Shown here: positions 51,981 through 64,000 of the stretch, one piece after another
Position numbering within the stretch: the stretch's first letter is position 1
Layout of the letters: every line of letters starts with the position of its first letter
Assembly (NCBI GenBank): GCA_030704615.1
Contig: CM060734.1
Coordinates: 48,732,001 to 48,796,000 of the forward strand
DNA: 64,000 nt
DNA from: Takakia lepidozioides
Taxonomy: Eukaryota; Plantae; Bryophyta
Reading direction: 5' to 3'
Position numbers and translations under genes: made by a program
The notes under the pieces: model-generated
Databases searched by the model: none
Seen by the model: only the letters and a program-made list of their open reading frames with translations
Told to the model about the DNA's origin: nothing

Positions 51981-52004
51981 AGAGCTTCAAAAGGCATATC
52001 ATGT

Positions 52005-53980
52005 AACAGGTCCCGGTCTAATATGAGACGAAACCTCATTCATTCAATGGGCAATTGAATGGTTGCCCATCCAAATGATTTTCGTTTGCTTTCAATCCTT
52101 GCCACTATGTTCAACATACCATGTATCAGGTCCCGGACTAATATGAGATCAATCGAAATTCATTCAATGGGCCAACGGATGGTTGCCCATCCAAACGTTT
52201 GCTTTGAGACTTGGCCACTGTGTTCAATGTACCATATGATAAGTCCCAGTGTAATATGAAATCAATCGAAATTCGTTCGATGGGCCAATGAGGCGTTCAC
52301 TTGTCATCTGGTTTTTGTTCATTGTGAAAAAAAAATCCTGCAATGCGTGCACGACTATTGCACCCATTGAATGGATGTGGTTGAAGCCCCTCTTTTGCCC
52401 ACATGTGCTTGAACAGGTGTGCGATAAATGTGCGGAGACACAACAGACGAATAAATCATTTGCCTCCCCCTCGATGCGCTCACCCCTCAAGCCATTCGAA
52501 AATTTAATTGAATTTAAATTCATTTTAAGCCAATAAATAGGTTTGCACCAGTATTGGACCGGTATCATCAACATTTCATACCAGCCAGGGCATGGTATTG
52601 TTGGTGAAGACGCCTCCTTCATACCTGGCAGGTAATGGTATCAAAATAGGTATTAAGCTTTTTACTAGTCTGGTATGTATATTGGTTTTGTTTGGCCTGG
52701 TATAGTATGGTATCAGTATTTCAAATTTCAAATCTTATACTGGGGGGTATATCAATATTGGTATCAATACATTTATTTATTATTTTTATTTATTTTTAAA
52801 CTGAAAAATAAAAATCTGTCCAAATTATACCGTTGAGGTGAGCACTTCAGCGGCTGAAGTGATCACCTCAGCGGCTGAGTGCCGCAATTCATAATAACAA
52901 GGAGCTGGATCTCACCTTAGGTAATTTGAGGTCACCTTAAAAGAGCCATATTACAGGCTGATAAATGAGACAATGCTCCAAGCCTAAGCATATTTTTGAA
53001 TGGCAAAATCAGAGCCCCCAAAATCGCCATTCAAATAGTCTTAATCAAAGATCCACAACTCTCCATTGCTGCACCCTAAATCCCTAACACTCCACATATT
53101 GATACCTAGGGTGCAAGCGAGCGACGGCGGAAGATATAGTAAGTACTGGTATCAACAAAGTTGCGTTCCTTGCGATATCAGGCTGGTCTGGTAGGAGCCC
53201 AGGTATTAGCGTTATACTATATTGCCCCCAATATGTTCTGCCCGGGGTATTGCCAGTTGCTTATACCTACCTGGTCTGGTACCCTGCTGCGATACCCTTA
53301 CCCGTGCTGATACCCCGCCTCACCCCCATATACCGGTCCAAACACTGGTTTGCACTGCTTTTGATTGGGAGTTTCTGGCACGTATCGATTTTGTTTTTGG
53401 CTCAATTTTGTTCTGCGGCTTCAAGCATCCCATGATTATTCCCCCACCAAAATTTGGACCAATAAAAAATGTCCCAAAAAAAAGTGTTCTCTTCGCTCAC
53501 ATTGTAGAACTCTCTATGAAGAATGCATCAAGTAGAACACAAATCAAGTTTTGAGTGCAAAACAGGGAAGAAACTGTGGTTTTGGGTCCAAATGAATTTT
53601 GTTCACTCCCAGATTTGGCACGCACATTACATATGGAGTCACTACACATATGGTTCAAAAATGGAATGAAAAAAAAATCATGAGCACGTGAAACGCAGTC
53701 CAACAGATTGCAAAGTAATGACAGATCCAACGGAATTCATTCAACGCGTGAACGGATGGTTGCCCATCCAAATCATTTTTGTTTGCTTCCAAACTTTGCT
53801 AGTATGTTCGGGACACCCTCTCACAGGTCCCGGACTAATAGGAGATCAATCAAAATTCATTCGATGGCTCAATTGATGGTTGCCCATCGAAATGATTTTG
53901 GATCGTTTTGAGACTTGGCCAGTATGTTCAATGTACCATGTAAGAGGTCCCAGAGTAATATGAGATCAATCGAAATTATT
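52005..53980. repeat. ~120-bp repeat units in two clusters (52005-52290 and 53710-53980)
   Basis: AGGTCCCGGACTAATATGAGATCAATCGAAATTCATTC...ATGGTTGCCCATC at ~52008, 52128, 52241, 53825, 53945. Confidence 0.85.
52549..53347. mobile_element. Non-autonomous hAT element (799 bp)
   Basis: 8-bp TSD GTTTGCAC (52541-52548 and 53348-53355); TIRs CAGTATTGGACCGGTAT and ATACCGGTCCAAACACTG; GGTAT/ATACC subterminal motifs. Confidence 0.92.
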
Positions 53981-54482
53981 TTGTGCTTCGATAAATTTGT
54001 GGGTATGTTTGTCATACGTAGAAATATAATAGATTTTGCGAAATGATTATGAAATATGCAGGGACTAGGCGAAATTTGTTTGGAAGACGACCGTTTGTAA
54101 CTCGTTATAACTTATTGGTTAACATCAATTTTCCCTATTCTCCAGCTTTCGGAGTTCATTGTAGATACCCACATACACATCATGACCAAATATGACACCA
54201 TTGTAGATTTGTTTACAGGGTGAACCACTTCTTCCCCATCACAAAAGTGTAAATGTGAAGAAAACGCTGCTTATGCAATTGAAATTGGCAGGTGCCGCAC
54301 ATGTGCATTGTGTATTAACAAAATTGTTGATATACAAAATTGGCGGAATGCTATCACTGTGTTTTCCAACAATATTCAAGATACAAGAATGCACATTGTT
54401 TATGTACTACGGTGCCAGTCATTAAAAGTCTAGTCGTTACTGTCCGAGGATAAAGGATGTGATGTTGTGGCTTGATTTGCAC

Positions 54483-54981
54483 TGCCAATACGGAGAGCTT
54501 GCGACCGTGATCTCGTGGTCAATGAGGGGCCTAATGGCAAGTGATCAATTCTGGCATGCATCCGCCTACTTCGCGGCAAAAGTTGACTTTCTTCTTCACT
54601 CTCACGACGTGATGGAGGTGGATCGAAAACAAGTGCTCGGGCTGCATGCAAATCGGCAACGAGGCCGTCCACATTCGGCAATAGAGCCCTCGAAACACGA
54701 TGATAACGGTCTGTCCATAGTCGCCTCCATTGCCAATACGGAGAGCTTGCGACCATGATCTTGTGGTCAATGAGGGACCCAATGGCATGTGATCAATTCT
54801 GGTCTGCATCCGCCTACTTCGCGGCGAAAGTTGACTTTCTTCTTATCTCTCACGACATGGCGGAGGTGGATCGACAACAAGTGCTCGGGCTACATGCAAA
54901 TCGGCAACGAGGCCGTCCACATTTGGCAATAAAGCCCCCGAAACACGATGATAACGATCTGTCCATAGTCGCCTCCATTGC
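54483..54981. repeat. ~247-bp tandem duplication
   Basis: TGCCAATACGGAGAGCTTGCGACC at 54483 and 54730; both units end CGCCTCCATTGC. Confidence 0.92.
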
Positions 54982-54989
54982 TCTACAAC

Positions 54990-55958
54990 TGCCTTGATGG
55001 TACTTTTGAAACTTTCTAACTGCCTCTCGCGGGCCCTGTCCTTAAGTATTGTGTCGTTTCGACGAGAAGCCGCCTTGTACACCTCATTCATTCGGCGTTA
55101 ACATATTATAGCATCTTCCAGTTCGGACAGCAACAAATGTCTCCCAATCGGTTCTCGGTCATACAATTCGTTCTCCTCCGGCACCCATGGAACCTGTGGG
55201 AGCCGGATAAACCTGGACCTTCTCTGACTCTAATGTCCTCCCAAATTGCAGCAAAACTGCTCTCTCTTCCATCAATCGGAAATGCCTCCTGCATATATGG
55301 TTATCTCCCAGTCAGATGTGACCTAGAAATACTGGGGATCTTTGACGTATGTCGGGTTTCCGGCATATATGCCCATTGCCATGCATCTCTCTGTCTGCAT
55401 CCCATACCAAGTTCTTGCCTCAATGCACACAATTCAGAAATGTAAATGGTAGCCCATCCAATGGGATGTTGTGTCGATTGTATTCAAAACTTATGGGCAT
55501 TTTTTCCTCCAAGCCCACCAGCTCATAGAAACGGCGATAGACTTGGTGTACGACATTCTGGGCAAGCACTCATCTGCAAGGCTTGCGGGATAAGACATGT
55601 AAGATGGAACATATGTCCACATGATCCAAGCACATGACATCCCTTTGGGCCGTATGGATTCCTACACATCGAACAAACTGTGCTATCTGATATCCATGAC
55701 GGTAAAATGCGTCGTGGTATCTCCTCCCTCTGGGCCGGTTTGATGTGGCTGGTCATCCTTGTTGTGGTGTCTCACTCTTCCTCTATCTCCAATTCCCAGT
55801 TTATGCTTATGTTCAACTCCGAAATTCTGTGCTCATATTGATCGAACATAGAATCCACATCTGCCCAATTGGTATACCCAGCGAACACGCGGCTTGATGC
55901 GATGCGGAGATCGTTATACCTTTGCATGTTGACATAAATGCTATCCACGCTACGGTTC
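54990..55958 (-). pseudogene. RING-H2 pseudogene, copy 2 (diverged paralog, 5'-truncated at the array)
   Basis: RSVDSIY.N.QR, SW..D.TVC.MC..PYGP.G...LGSCGH.FH..CLI and CP.CR are shared with copy 1. Confidence 0.8.
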
Positions 55959-56605
55959 GACCACCATCAGCGGTGGTCGCAACTGTTAAAAAACAAGAAA
56001 AATGTTGTGCAACTGCTGGTGGTCACAGCTATTAAAACAAAATACAAATTGTGCGACCACCAGCAGCTGGTGGTCGCACAATTTTTATTGTTTTTTATTA
56101 GATGCGACCACTAGCAAGGGGGTGGTCGCAACATTTAATTTTTTTTTTATAGCTGCGACCACCAGCAGGTGGTTGCAGAATTTATCTTTTTCTCTTACAG
56201 TTGTGACCACCAGCATGGGGGTGGTCTCAACATTTGTTTTTTAAAATAGGTGCGACGACCAGCAGGGGGTGGTCGCACCATTAAAAAAAAAAAAAAACAG
56301 TTGCGACCACCATTACTGGTGGTCGCACAATTTGTATTTTGTTTTAATAGCTGTGACCACCAGCAGTTGCACAACATTTTTCTTGTTTTTTAACAGTTGC
56401 GACCACCGCTGATGGTGGTCGCACAATTGTTTTCTTAAAATAGGTGCGACCACCAGCCGATGGTGGTTGCAAATTTTTTTTTTTGGTTATTAGGTGCGAC
56501 CGCTTAGGGGGGGTTGCACATTTTCTTTTTGTTTTTAAAAATGTGCGACCATCAGGAGGGGGTGGTCGCAGCAGTTTTTTTGTTTTGTTATTTGCTGCGA
56601 CCACA
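55955..56605. repeat. Hairpin array (TGCGACCACC...GGTGGTCGCA, ~13 units) with an internal ~100-bp inverted duplication
   Basis: Units read directly; 55960-56060 is the reverse complement of ~56318-56419. Confidence 0.95.
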
Positions 56606-56619
56606 CACATGGGCCAAAG

Positions 56620-56980
56620 GTATAGGCTGTCCTAGAGGTTGCACTTGGGCCTCGACATAGGAGACACACTGGGATACATAGAAGATCTTACATTTGGGCT
56701 TCTAGATGACACTGGATACTTGGGCCAACCGCAGAGGCTATCCTAGAGGTCGCATTTGGGCCTCAACATAGGAGATGCACTTGGATACATACGAGATTGC
56801 ACTTGGACTTAGATGACACTGGATGCTTGGGCCAACGGCACAGGCTACCCTAAATCAAGGGAAAGGTCTTCGGTTCAAATCTGGTCGTAGGCTTTGTGGA
56901 AAAAAAAATGATTAGACTAAGATGACTTAGATGACATTGGACACTTGGGCCAACGACACAAGCTACCCTAGAGGTGCGGT
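56620..56980. repeat. Dispersed/tandem repeat (CACTTGGGCC units + GGTTCAAATC block); second copy at ~63020-63225
   Basis: AAAGGTCT.CGGTTCAAATC.GGTCGTAG...GTGGAAAAAAA.TGATTAGACT..GATGACTTAGATGACATTGGAC occurs at ~56862 and ~63027. Confidence 0.8.
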
Positions 56981-57239
56981 ACAAACTAGAAAATGTTGTG
57001 AAGCGTTTCATGATGGGGCTATTCAATTGGCCTAAGCCCAAAAATTGCTGGAGGATGGATAGAAACTTGTAGACTTCTGACTGTACATCATGTTTGAATA
57101 AATGTTGTTTTCAATTGTGTTTGTCTCGTACCATCATGTTTTAATGGTTTGTTATTTGGCCATGGCACCTGGGTCCATCATATAGGATAATCAAGCACCA
57201 CACCCACGAATCTTGAAGAGTGACAGTGTACATGACACA

Positions 57240-58495
57240 GATGACATGGCAGCCGAGCGCTCAAACCTCTTGGGTAAGAGGCATTGGGCCTATAGCGACT
57301 GAGAAGTCCACACGACAGTTTTGGATGCATAGCTTCTTCTGCTCCGAATGGGTGAGAGCGTGGTAGTTCATGATCGTTGTCCGAATTCTTGCTTGTACAG
57401 TTTGCACTAGTTTCACATTGCTATAAATTGCTTGTAAATGACAACCAATTGTTCCTCATCATGGCAAGATGAGTGAATTTACAAGGTTTTCAAATCGTTC
57501 TTGTGACGAAAGATGCAATCCCCAGTCAACTGATTTTTTATTGCTTTGAAGCTGTGCGATGAATGAAACTTGTATTACTACTTCAAATATAGAAGAGAAA
57601 CAAGACATTATCGAATCGTCATTTTTGTGTTGTAGGACATGTTGACAGGTCCCTCCATCAGGTAATCAATCTCACATCTGGTGTCATATTCAAGGTTTTT
57701 GGCAGAGAGCAGTTTCATTGCCAGTAAATCGCATATATCTCTCTCTAGTTTGCTTTCCATTGCATTGTTTGACATGGGATCAAGCCAGGTAGAGAGAAAT
57801 ATGTGATTTACTGGCAATGAACCTGCTCTCTGCCGAAAGCCTTGAGGATGACACCACATGTGAGACTGCTTACCTAATGGAAAGACATGTTAAAATGCCC
57901 TCCAATTGAAAAGCGATGATTCATTAATATCTTGTTTCTGTTCTTTATCTGATGTAGTAATAGAAAATTGATTCATCGCCACGACTTCAAAGCAATACAT
58001 AATCATTTGTTTGGGGAACGCTGATTTCGTCACATGAACCAATTGAAAAGCTCGCAAATACACACATATTGCCATGATGAGGAACAATTGGTTCTCCTTT
58101 ACAACCAATTTAAAACAATGTGAAACTAGTATAGCATGTACAACCAAGTGTTTGAAGAACGATCATTACTTACCATTCTCTCACTCGTTCGTATCAGAAC
58201 AAGCTGTGCATCCAACACTGCAGGTTCCCGACAAGTTCCAACACGACCAATGTTGACATGGCAGCCGAGCGCTCATGGATCGTGGGCTCGTGGCGAATGA
58301 GAAGTTTAGGCGACAGTTTTGGACGTGTAGCTCCTTTTGCTCCGAATGGGTGAGAGAATGGTAATTAGTGATCATTGTGTGAACACTTGCTTGTCAAACT
58401 GCTTTAGCACATACAAGCAATTGTATGAACAATGATCAATACTTATCATTCTCTCACCCATCCGTAGCAGAAGAAGCTGTGCATCCAACAATTCA
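57240..58495. repeat. Degenerate direct and inverted repeats
   Basis: 57244-57390 resembles 58256-58390; 58157-58220 and 58428-58490 are inverted relative to 58314-58378. Confidence 0.7.
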
Positions 58496-59489
58496 CATTT
58501 CCGCCAACAACACCAATGGGGTCATGGACGACGCTCCAACTGATGCTGCATGCATTATGTTGGACAAGAATGTTGCTTCAATGGAGTACTATAATGCAGG
58601 TCACAATATCTCTACTTTGAGAGATCTCAGACTATTCACACTTACTTCAAATATGGAAAGGGTTCTACATGCCCTGTTACAGGTCTTTAACAAATTTGAA
58701 GTTAATAAAAAATGGTTCAACAGGCCAGCATGCCCTCTTGCAGGTACCGGACAAGTATATGGAGAATAAAAAATGGTTGAAATGGTGAGCCAATCGTTCT
58801 GTTATCAAATGATTTTATGTTGTTTTGAAGCTTTGCCAGTGTCTGCCACATGCCTGTAGGTGCATAATTTAACGCGCGGAATGTTTTTTAAGAAACAGAA
58901 CCATTTGTATCGAAAACGACGAAACATTGACATGACTACTGGTATGGCCCACAAATGGAAGAGGTCTGCGACGTCCATGAAGCCAAAGCGCTCAGGAGTT
59001 TATATGACTAGGGTACCTGCAGGGAGAAGCAGGGTGTGTGATTCCAGTCGAACACATATTACTAAAACATGATCGACTTTACCATTGATCTAGACCTTTT
59101 ATCTGGCTCAAACTGGAAGCTTAGCAAAAAATAAACTCTGGACCTGCACATCCTCCACTCACGGGGGGTTCTTCTCTCTGGTCTTGCAGTTCGTTTGACT
59201 CTGATAGTATCCTGGTGATCCCTGCAAATTCACTCTTTTCTTTTGTGCTCTCTCATTCATTAAGAGGATAACTATGACCGAGTTTTGTTCAAGAACTAAT
59301 GTGCTTTTCCACTAACCTTGACACCAACAACTCTGATCATACGACATAAGGTCCTAGCTACTTGCTAGAATGACAAACTTTGGCGTCATATAAGAATCAC
59401 TATGTCCATCACCTCACAAGATAAAAAATGTTGAAAACCCATCCACTCTCCCTCTTCGGAGAGAGTTCGAGTCCCAGATAAAAAACTTT

Positions 59490-60484
59490 TCAAAACCGCC
59501 ATTCTCCCCCACCGGACTGGGTTTGAATTCCCAAGATTGCGTAGATAGAGAAGCAAAGCTTCGAGTCGACCGGCTCATACAGCAACCACGCCAACAAAAC
59601 CGAGCTGTAACAACACAACATCACCTGTGATGCTTTTACGATGAAACTGAACATATTACTCTCATGATGAAGCTTACGATAGATACTCTCACCATGGAGC
59701 TGTCCATTGCCCCATTTTCTGTCAAGGTTCATCATGTCGCGTATTGTCCCCCCATTCCACTAGCGAGTGTAACCCTCTACCTCACGTGCATTCACAGCAA
59801 AATATGAGATAACACACGGATGCTGGAACTTCACTGCCAAACACTTGTCGTTATGTTGTCTCAACACTTTTTTTGGATTTTTGGACTTGGGTTTTTTTCC
59901 CGCTAGCTCCCAATGCTCCGGTATTCTAGAATCGCCAACAATCCTACACTGACGGACCTTAGCATACCCTCCTTCTTTGTAAGGGCCAATCTCTACCACC
60001 TTCGCATTAGAGTTTGGGTAATAAAGACCAGTTGTGTCTCCAGCCCTCCCCCACTCGATGACCCCGCCCGATGACCCCGCCTTTCAAGGGACAACCCTAG
60101 TCCGGCGACGTGAATTCTGACTTGCCAAGCAAACCCAATACTTGACACGCCGCATTAACTCAGCTTCGACGGATGACACTCGACCCTCGGTTGTTCTATC
60201 CCTCCATGTCTTCATTAGCTGCCTCAAATTCCAAGTGACGTCTTTCGCCCTGTTTTGGATCCACCGATTGAACTTCGGCTTGTCCCTGTCCGCCGTCCAC
60301 TTAACCCCCGCCAAAGCGTTCGTCATTTTCCTCTCCATACTCTGCTGGAAAATCTGAAACCCCTCCCATCCATGCCTGACATAAGCACTCTCCAGCCTTA
60401 CCATGTCTCTACCCTTGAAATAATCCACCACCACTTCTTTCACCCTATCCAAGGCATCCAGTCTCGGTAGTCTGGCTTGTTGAC
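59490..60484 (-). pseudogene. Protein kinase pseudogene (N-terminal extension + N-lobe; catalytic loop not seen)
   Basis: One frame with two in-frame stops: EGGYAKV (Gly loop), ELAGK (VAIK-like), QHPCVI, WNGGTI. No HxD or DFG found. Confidence 0.7.
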
Positions 60485-61204
60485 CTGGCTGCAATGCATG
60501 ACATAAATAAGTGAGTTTCTCTCATTTCACGTGGTTTGTCATTCACAAGTGCATGATATCAGTCTGGAAGTCAAACTCATTCCAATATTTTTCTTCCTCT
60601 TTAGATCCACAGAGACTTGGCACGTCACTACCAACCTGGTCCACATCTTTTTTCGGATGCAACGAATCAGGATTATGAAACTAAACGAATTCAAGTTGGT
60701 TCTTCCATCGGAGATTATGAAGAAGTGCGAGAGTGTGAAAGCCTCTGACACTTGGTATTCACTTACCAGGAGGCTTTCCTTGAATAGATGTACATGGTGA
60801 GACTCTAACTATTTTGTGTTTCCCATACTATTGTGCCATGATTGGTAGTCAACCAATGTCAACATGATTGGTAACCAATGCCTTTTGGTGTACAACAAGA
60901 AATCGCTGAGGTGGGAGATATGAGGAAGGCTGAATATTACGCCACTGCATCGGAGGAGGAGATGACAGCAAAGGGCGTGGAACTTGCTATAATAAGGGAA
61001 ATAGATGCTCAGCGGAAGAATATTCTTTTAGGGTTCATGAAGCAGCTGCGTATTGCAGATCTGATTTTGGGGAATGACTTCTTTGGTCATATCAAAGTGC
61101 ACTGTGACAAACACGCCAAGGTAGAAATGACCCAAGAGAAACTGCACAGATTTTTGATTTCCATGGTGGACCCGCAGACGAAGGTCAGATGGTTGGAAAT
61201 TTGA
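60485..61204 (+). pseudogene. ParB-like family gene, copy 2 (5'-truncated; DGNHR segment missing)
   Basis: AAMHDINK with phase-2 intron 60511-60604, then STETWHVTTNLVH...KASDTWY, intron from 60797, then KQLRIADLILGNDF...EMTQEKLH...VDPQTK. Aligns exon for exon with copy 1 (GAMADINL | VTERAFVETHLAH...KADRTWY | KQVAIADPWLGAEF...EMSMEKLH...VEPAEK). Confidence 0.8.
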
Positions 61205-61370
61205 AACTCCGATCCTGTTAAAGACCAAATATGTTCCCTAGCAGTCCGAAAGAGCCTGGTTCCAAAGCTCAAGGGTTCAGTGACCATGTCTTTGATACGT
61301 GGCTGCACAAAGCCACATTTTGGAGCCACGTAAAATCTCTTTTGCAACTGTTATGGTCAACAGACATTAC

Positions 61371-61975
61371 TGCGACTGCCAAGGCTGATGGTCGCATTGT
61401 ATTATTATTTTTTAATAGGTTCGACCGCCATAATTGACGGTCGTGTCCAATTTCGGAAACCTTAATTATTTAAGAAAAACCTTAATTATTTATTTTTTGA
61501 AAAATGGGTGCGACCGCGAAGGCTGGTGGTCGCAAATAAATTTTTATTTTATAGGTGCGACTTTCATAATTGGTGGTTGCACCCGTTTTCATATATATAT
61601 ATATATATTGGTGCGACCGCGGGCTGGCGGTCACATATAATTTGTATTTTCTAAATAAGTGCGACCGGCAATTGATGGTCGAATCTATGTAAAAAATAAA
61701 AATAAAATAAAATTACTGTTAAAAAAAATAAAAATAAAAATAAAAATTGATATGACCGTCAATCTTGGCGGTCACATGTAATTTTTATCTTTCTAATATG
61801 TGCGACTGCCTGAATTTGCGATCGCATTAATGTTTTTAAAAATAAATTACAAACGACCGCTGAGTTTTGGCGGTCGTACTTATTTGTCAGAAAACATTTA
61901 TATGCGATCGCCAAATTTCGGCGGTTGCACGTATTTTTTCAAAATAAATGATCGTCGAATTTTAGAGGTCGCACG
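61371..61975. repeat. Degenerate hairpin array, variant consensus TGCGACCGCC-N6-7-GGCGGTCGCA (~11 units)
   Basis: Units at ~61371, 61420, 61509, 61556, 61612, 61660, 61752, 61801, 61853, 61903, 61950. Confidence 0.88.
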
Positions 61976-64000
61976 TATTTTTGAAAGTTAGGAGCAAGTG
62001 CTCAGGTGATACTAACCAGCCCCTTCATTTCAGCTTTCCGCTATCATTCTTGTGATCTTATAATGACTTACTCATTTAAAGGGAGGGCGGGCTGCAACAT
62101 TCGGCCGGGGACTTAGAGCTTTGAATATAATTGTTTTTTGTATGCTAACACTGGCGTCTTCTAGTGCATCTGAGAACTTTTAATTTGCTATAGCTGACCT
62201 CTCCCTTTGTTTGGACCATCATTCCGCAAGTGTAGTGAGATTCCCTCGGTTTACATAGGACATTCGGATTTGTCCACTCTTCATGCCATGGTGGCTATGA
62301 TGCATTTTGGACTTATTTGACTAGTGCTAGAATGCGTGATTTAAGTGGGTATAGTGCCTGCCTCCTTCGTTTTCTATCTTACGATAATAGTAGTGTCAAT
62401 TTGCTATCTGAAATTGGGCTATGGTGCCTAAGACTGTGTTGTTTCATTTGAATCAGTGGTGCCAGTTTGCTCTGTAAAATTGGGCAATGGTGCCCGAAGT
62501 GCTACCTTGAATTTTTCATGATAGCGAGTTTGCCACAATACATAAGCTAATTTCGCCCACTATTTCTGCCTCCATTTCCACATGTGTCACCTAGGTAATA
62601 TTGCGAGACGTTGTTATGTTTTGTTTTGTTTTGTCATGTTGGGATGTCCCAGACCGCGGGGCCAGCCTTGGTGCTTGGTACCATTGGAAAGCCCTCGGTG
62701 AGGAGGGGTGCATGGGCTTGGTCTTATGATTTTTTGGACCTGCGGTGTGGGAGATGTCGAATTTCAAGTACTTTTGGTCGCTGGAAATTCGCAAAAAATA
62801 AGAAAGTGGGCTTTCCTGGCATAGAGAGAGAGTATGACACCTTTCGAAGGAAACGTAACTTATGGTGTCTCTTCACCCCGAAGGGCTACTGCCTTCCAGC
62901 TGAAAGGTGGACACCTTCATGACACACCAGACCGTGTTTGAACCCACAACCAGATCCAACGTGGTATGTGCCCATTACCTAATGTTGGCACAATGATCGG
63001 AGCCTCGACGAGAGAGATATCAAGGAAAAGGTCTCCGGTTCAAATCAGGTCGTAGATTCCGTGGAAAAAAAATGATTAGACTTGGATGACTTAGATGACA
63101 TTGGACAGGCTACCTTGGAGGTCATACTTGGGCCTACACATAGGAGACGCACTTGAATGCATAGGAGATTGCACTTGGGCTTACGTGACCCTGGACACTT
63201 GTGCCAACGGCACAGGCTACCCTAGTATATAGAAGAAGTCGCCATATTGCACATTATATAGCATACCTGTAGCCAGGTGGTTTCTAGGTGGACATTGTAC
63301 TAGTCGCCATCTCTGCACTCAATCCAAAAATATGTCACCCTATCCACGCCTAGGCAGAAATGAAAAAAAAAAAGGCTCATCACAGATAGTGCACTAGTTT
63401 TCTATCCTCTCTCACCTGCCCCGCTCTCTGGATCTATCCTCAGACCTCTTGGGTCGTATCCTTAGGTTGCCTTGTCATTTTCACTCAGAGCGGCTGGACT
63501 CCCACCTAGGTGTCATGTCAATGCCCTGGGCAAGGTTCTTCGGCTTCGGGCTTCTAGGATGTTCGCATTCTAAGTGCTCATAATTCTTACGTCATCGTTC
63601 TTTGGACATCCGTCACGCGTCACCGTGAGTTTAGGCCTTATGACAGCCTTGGGCCAAAAAGGTTTTTAATTTTTTTTTCCCTTCAATAATCTTAAATGCA
63701 TGGAATTCATGCAAGCCCTGTCGTATAGTAATTATGAATAGGTAGTAAAAATCTGGAAGATCACATAATTAGACTATTAATACACATCAAGGTAACAGGA
63801 TTTGAGCCCTGAATCACCCAAGTGGCACGCACGGTAATATCCCATGGACTTTCATTTATTGCGTGCACAAGAAGTTGAATGGATGTCATTCATTAAAAGA
63901 CAGAATATTCTCTTGACAACTGTCTCGATCGAATTGGAAGTCTAATCGAAAGTATCGGTGCTAAAGCAGCTGAAACCTTTTGCGTAGTCCTTGCTTAGGA

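Noticed and set aside
51971-51985. CACTA terminus (CACTACAAAAA)
   Set aside because: It is the end of the right arm of the 51699-51980 foldback; no matching partner end or Tnp2 seen.
39400-61204. Endogenous giant-virus or Helitron origin of the RING/kinase region
   Set aside because: No viral core genes, Rep/helicase or Helitron termini seen; the spliced ParB-like homolog links it to the MULE-like element. Not formally excluded.

Overview
Eukaryotic, land-plant-type heterochromatin made almost entirely of nested, decaying transposable elements. A non-seed plant is inferred from the PLS-type PPR fragment and the Gypsy lineages; no intact host gene is visible. Layout: (1) 1-9823, the right part of a large Mutator-like (MULE) DNA transposon with a GCM-like/DDE/SWIM transposase, a divergent spliced ParB/Srx-like (DGNHR) gene, a third ORF and arrays of the palindrome GAATTTCGGCGCCGAAATTC. 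(2) 9824-38270, a nest of Ty3/Gypsy elements: two opposite-facing copies of one non-chromovirus family (A, C), a related element B with extra 3' ORFs, and a full-length Galadriel-like chromovirus D with TSD CATGA and an internal ~1-kb duplication. (3) 38273-62000, remnants of a second multigene element family marked by TGCGACCACC-N6-8-GGTGGTCGCA hairpin arrays, carrying RING-H2 and kinase pseudogenes. It is interrupted by a SINE, a hAT transposase, a truncated chromovirus (E), a PPR fragment and a hAT MITE. Key observation: a second, highly diverged homolog of the ParB-like gene, with the same intron positions, lies at 60485-61204 beside a different palindrome array. This suggests a family of large plant DNA transposons in which a ParB-like protein is paired with element-specific parS-like arrays (hypothesis). 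All domain calls come from reading motifs by eye, not from database searches.
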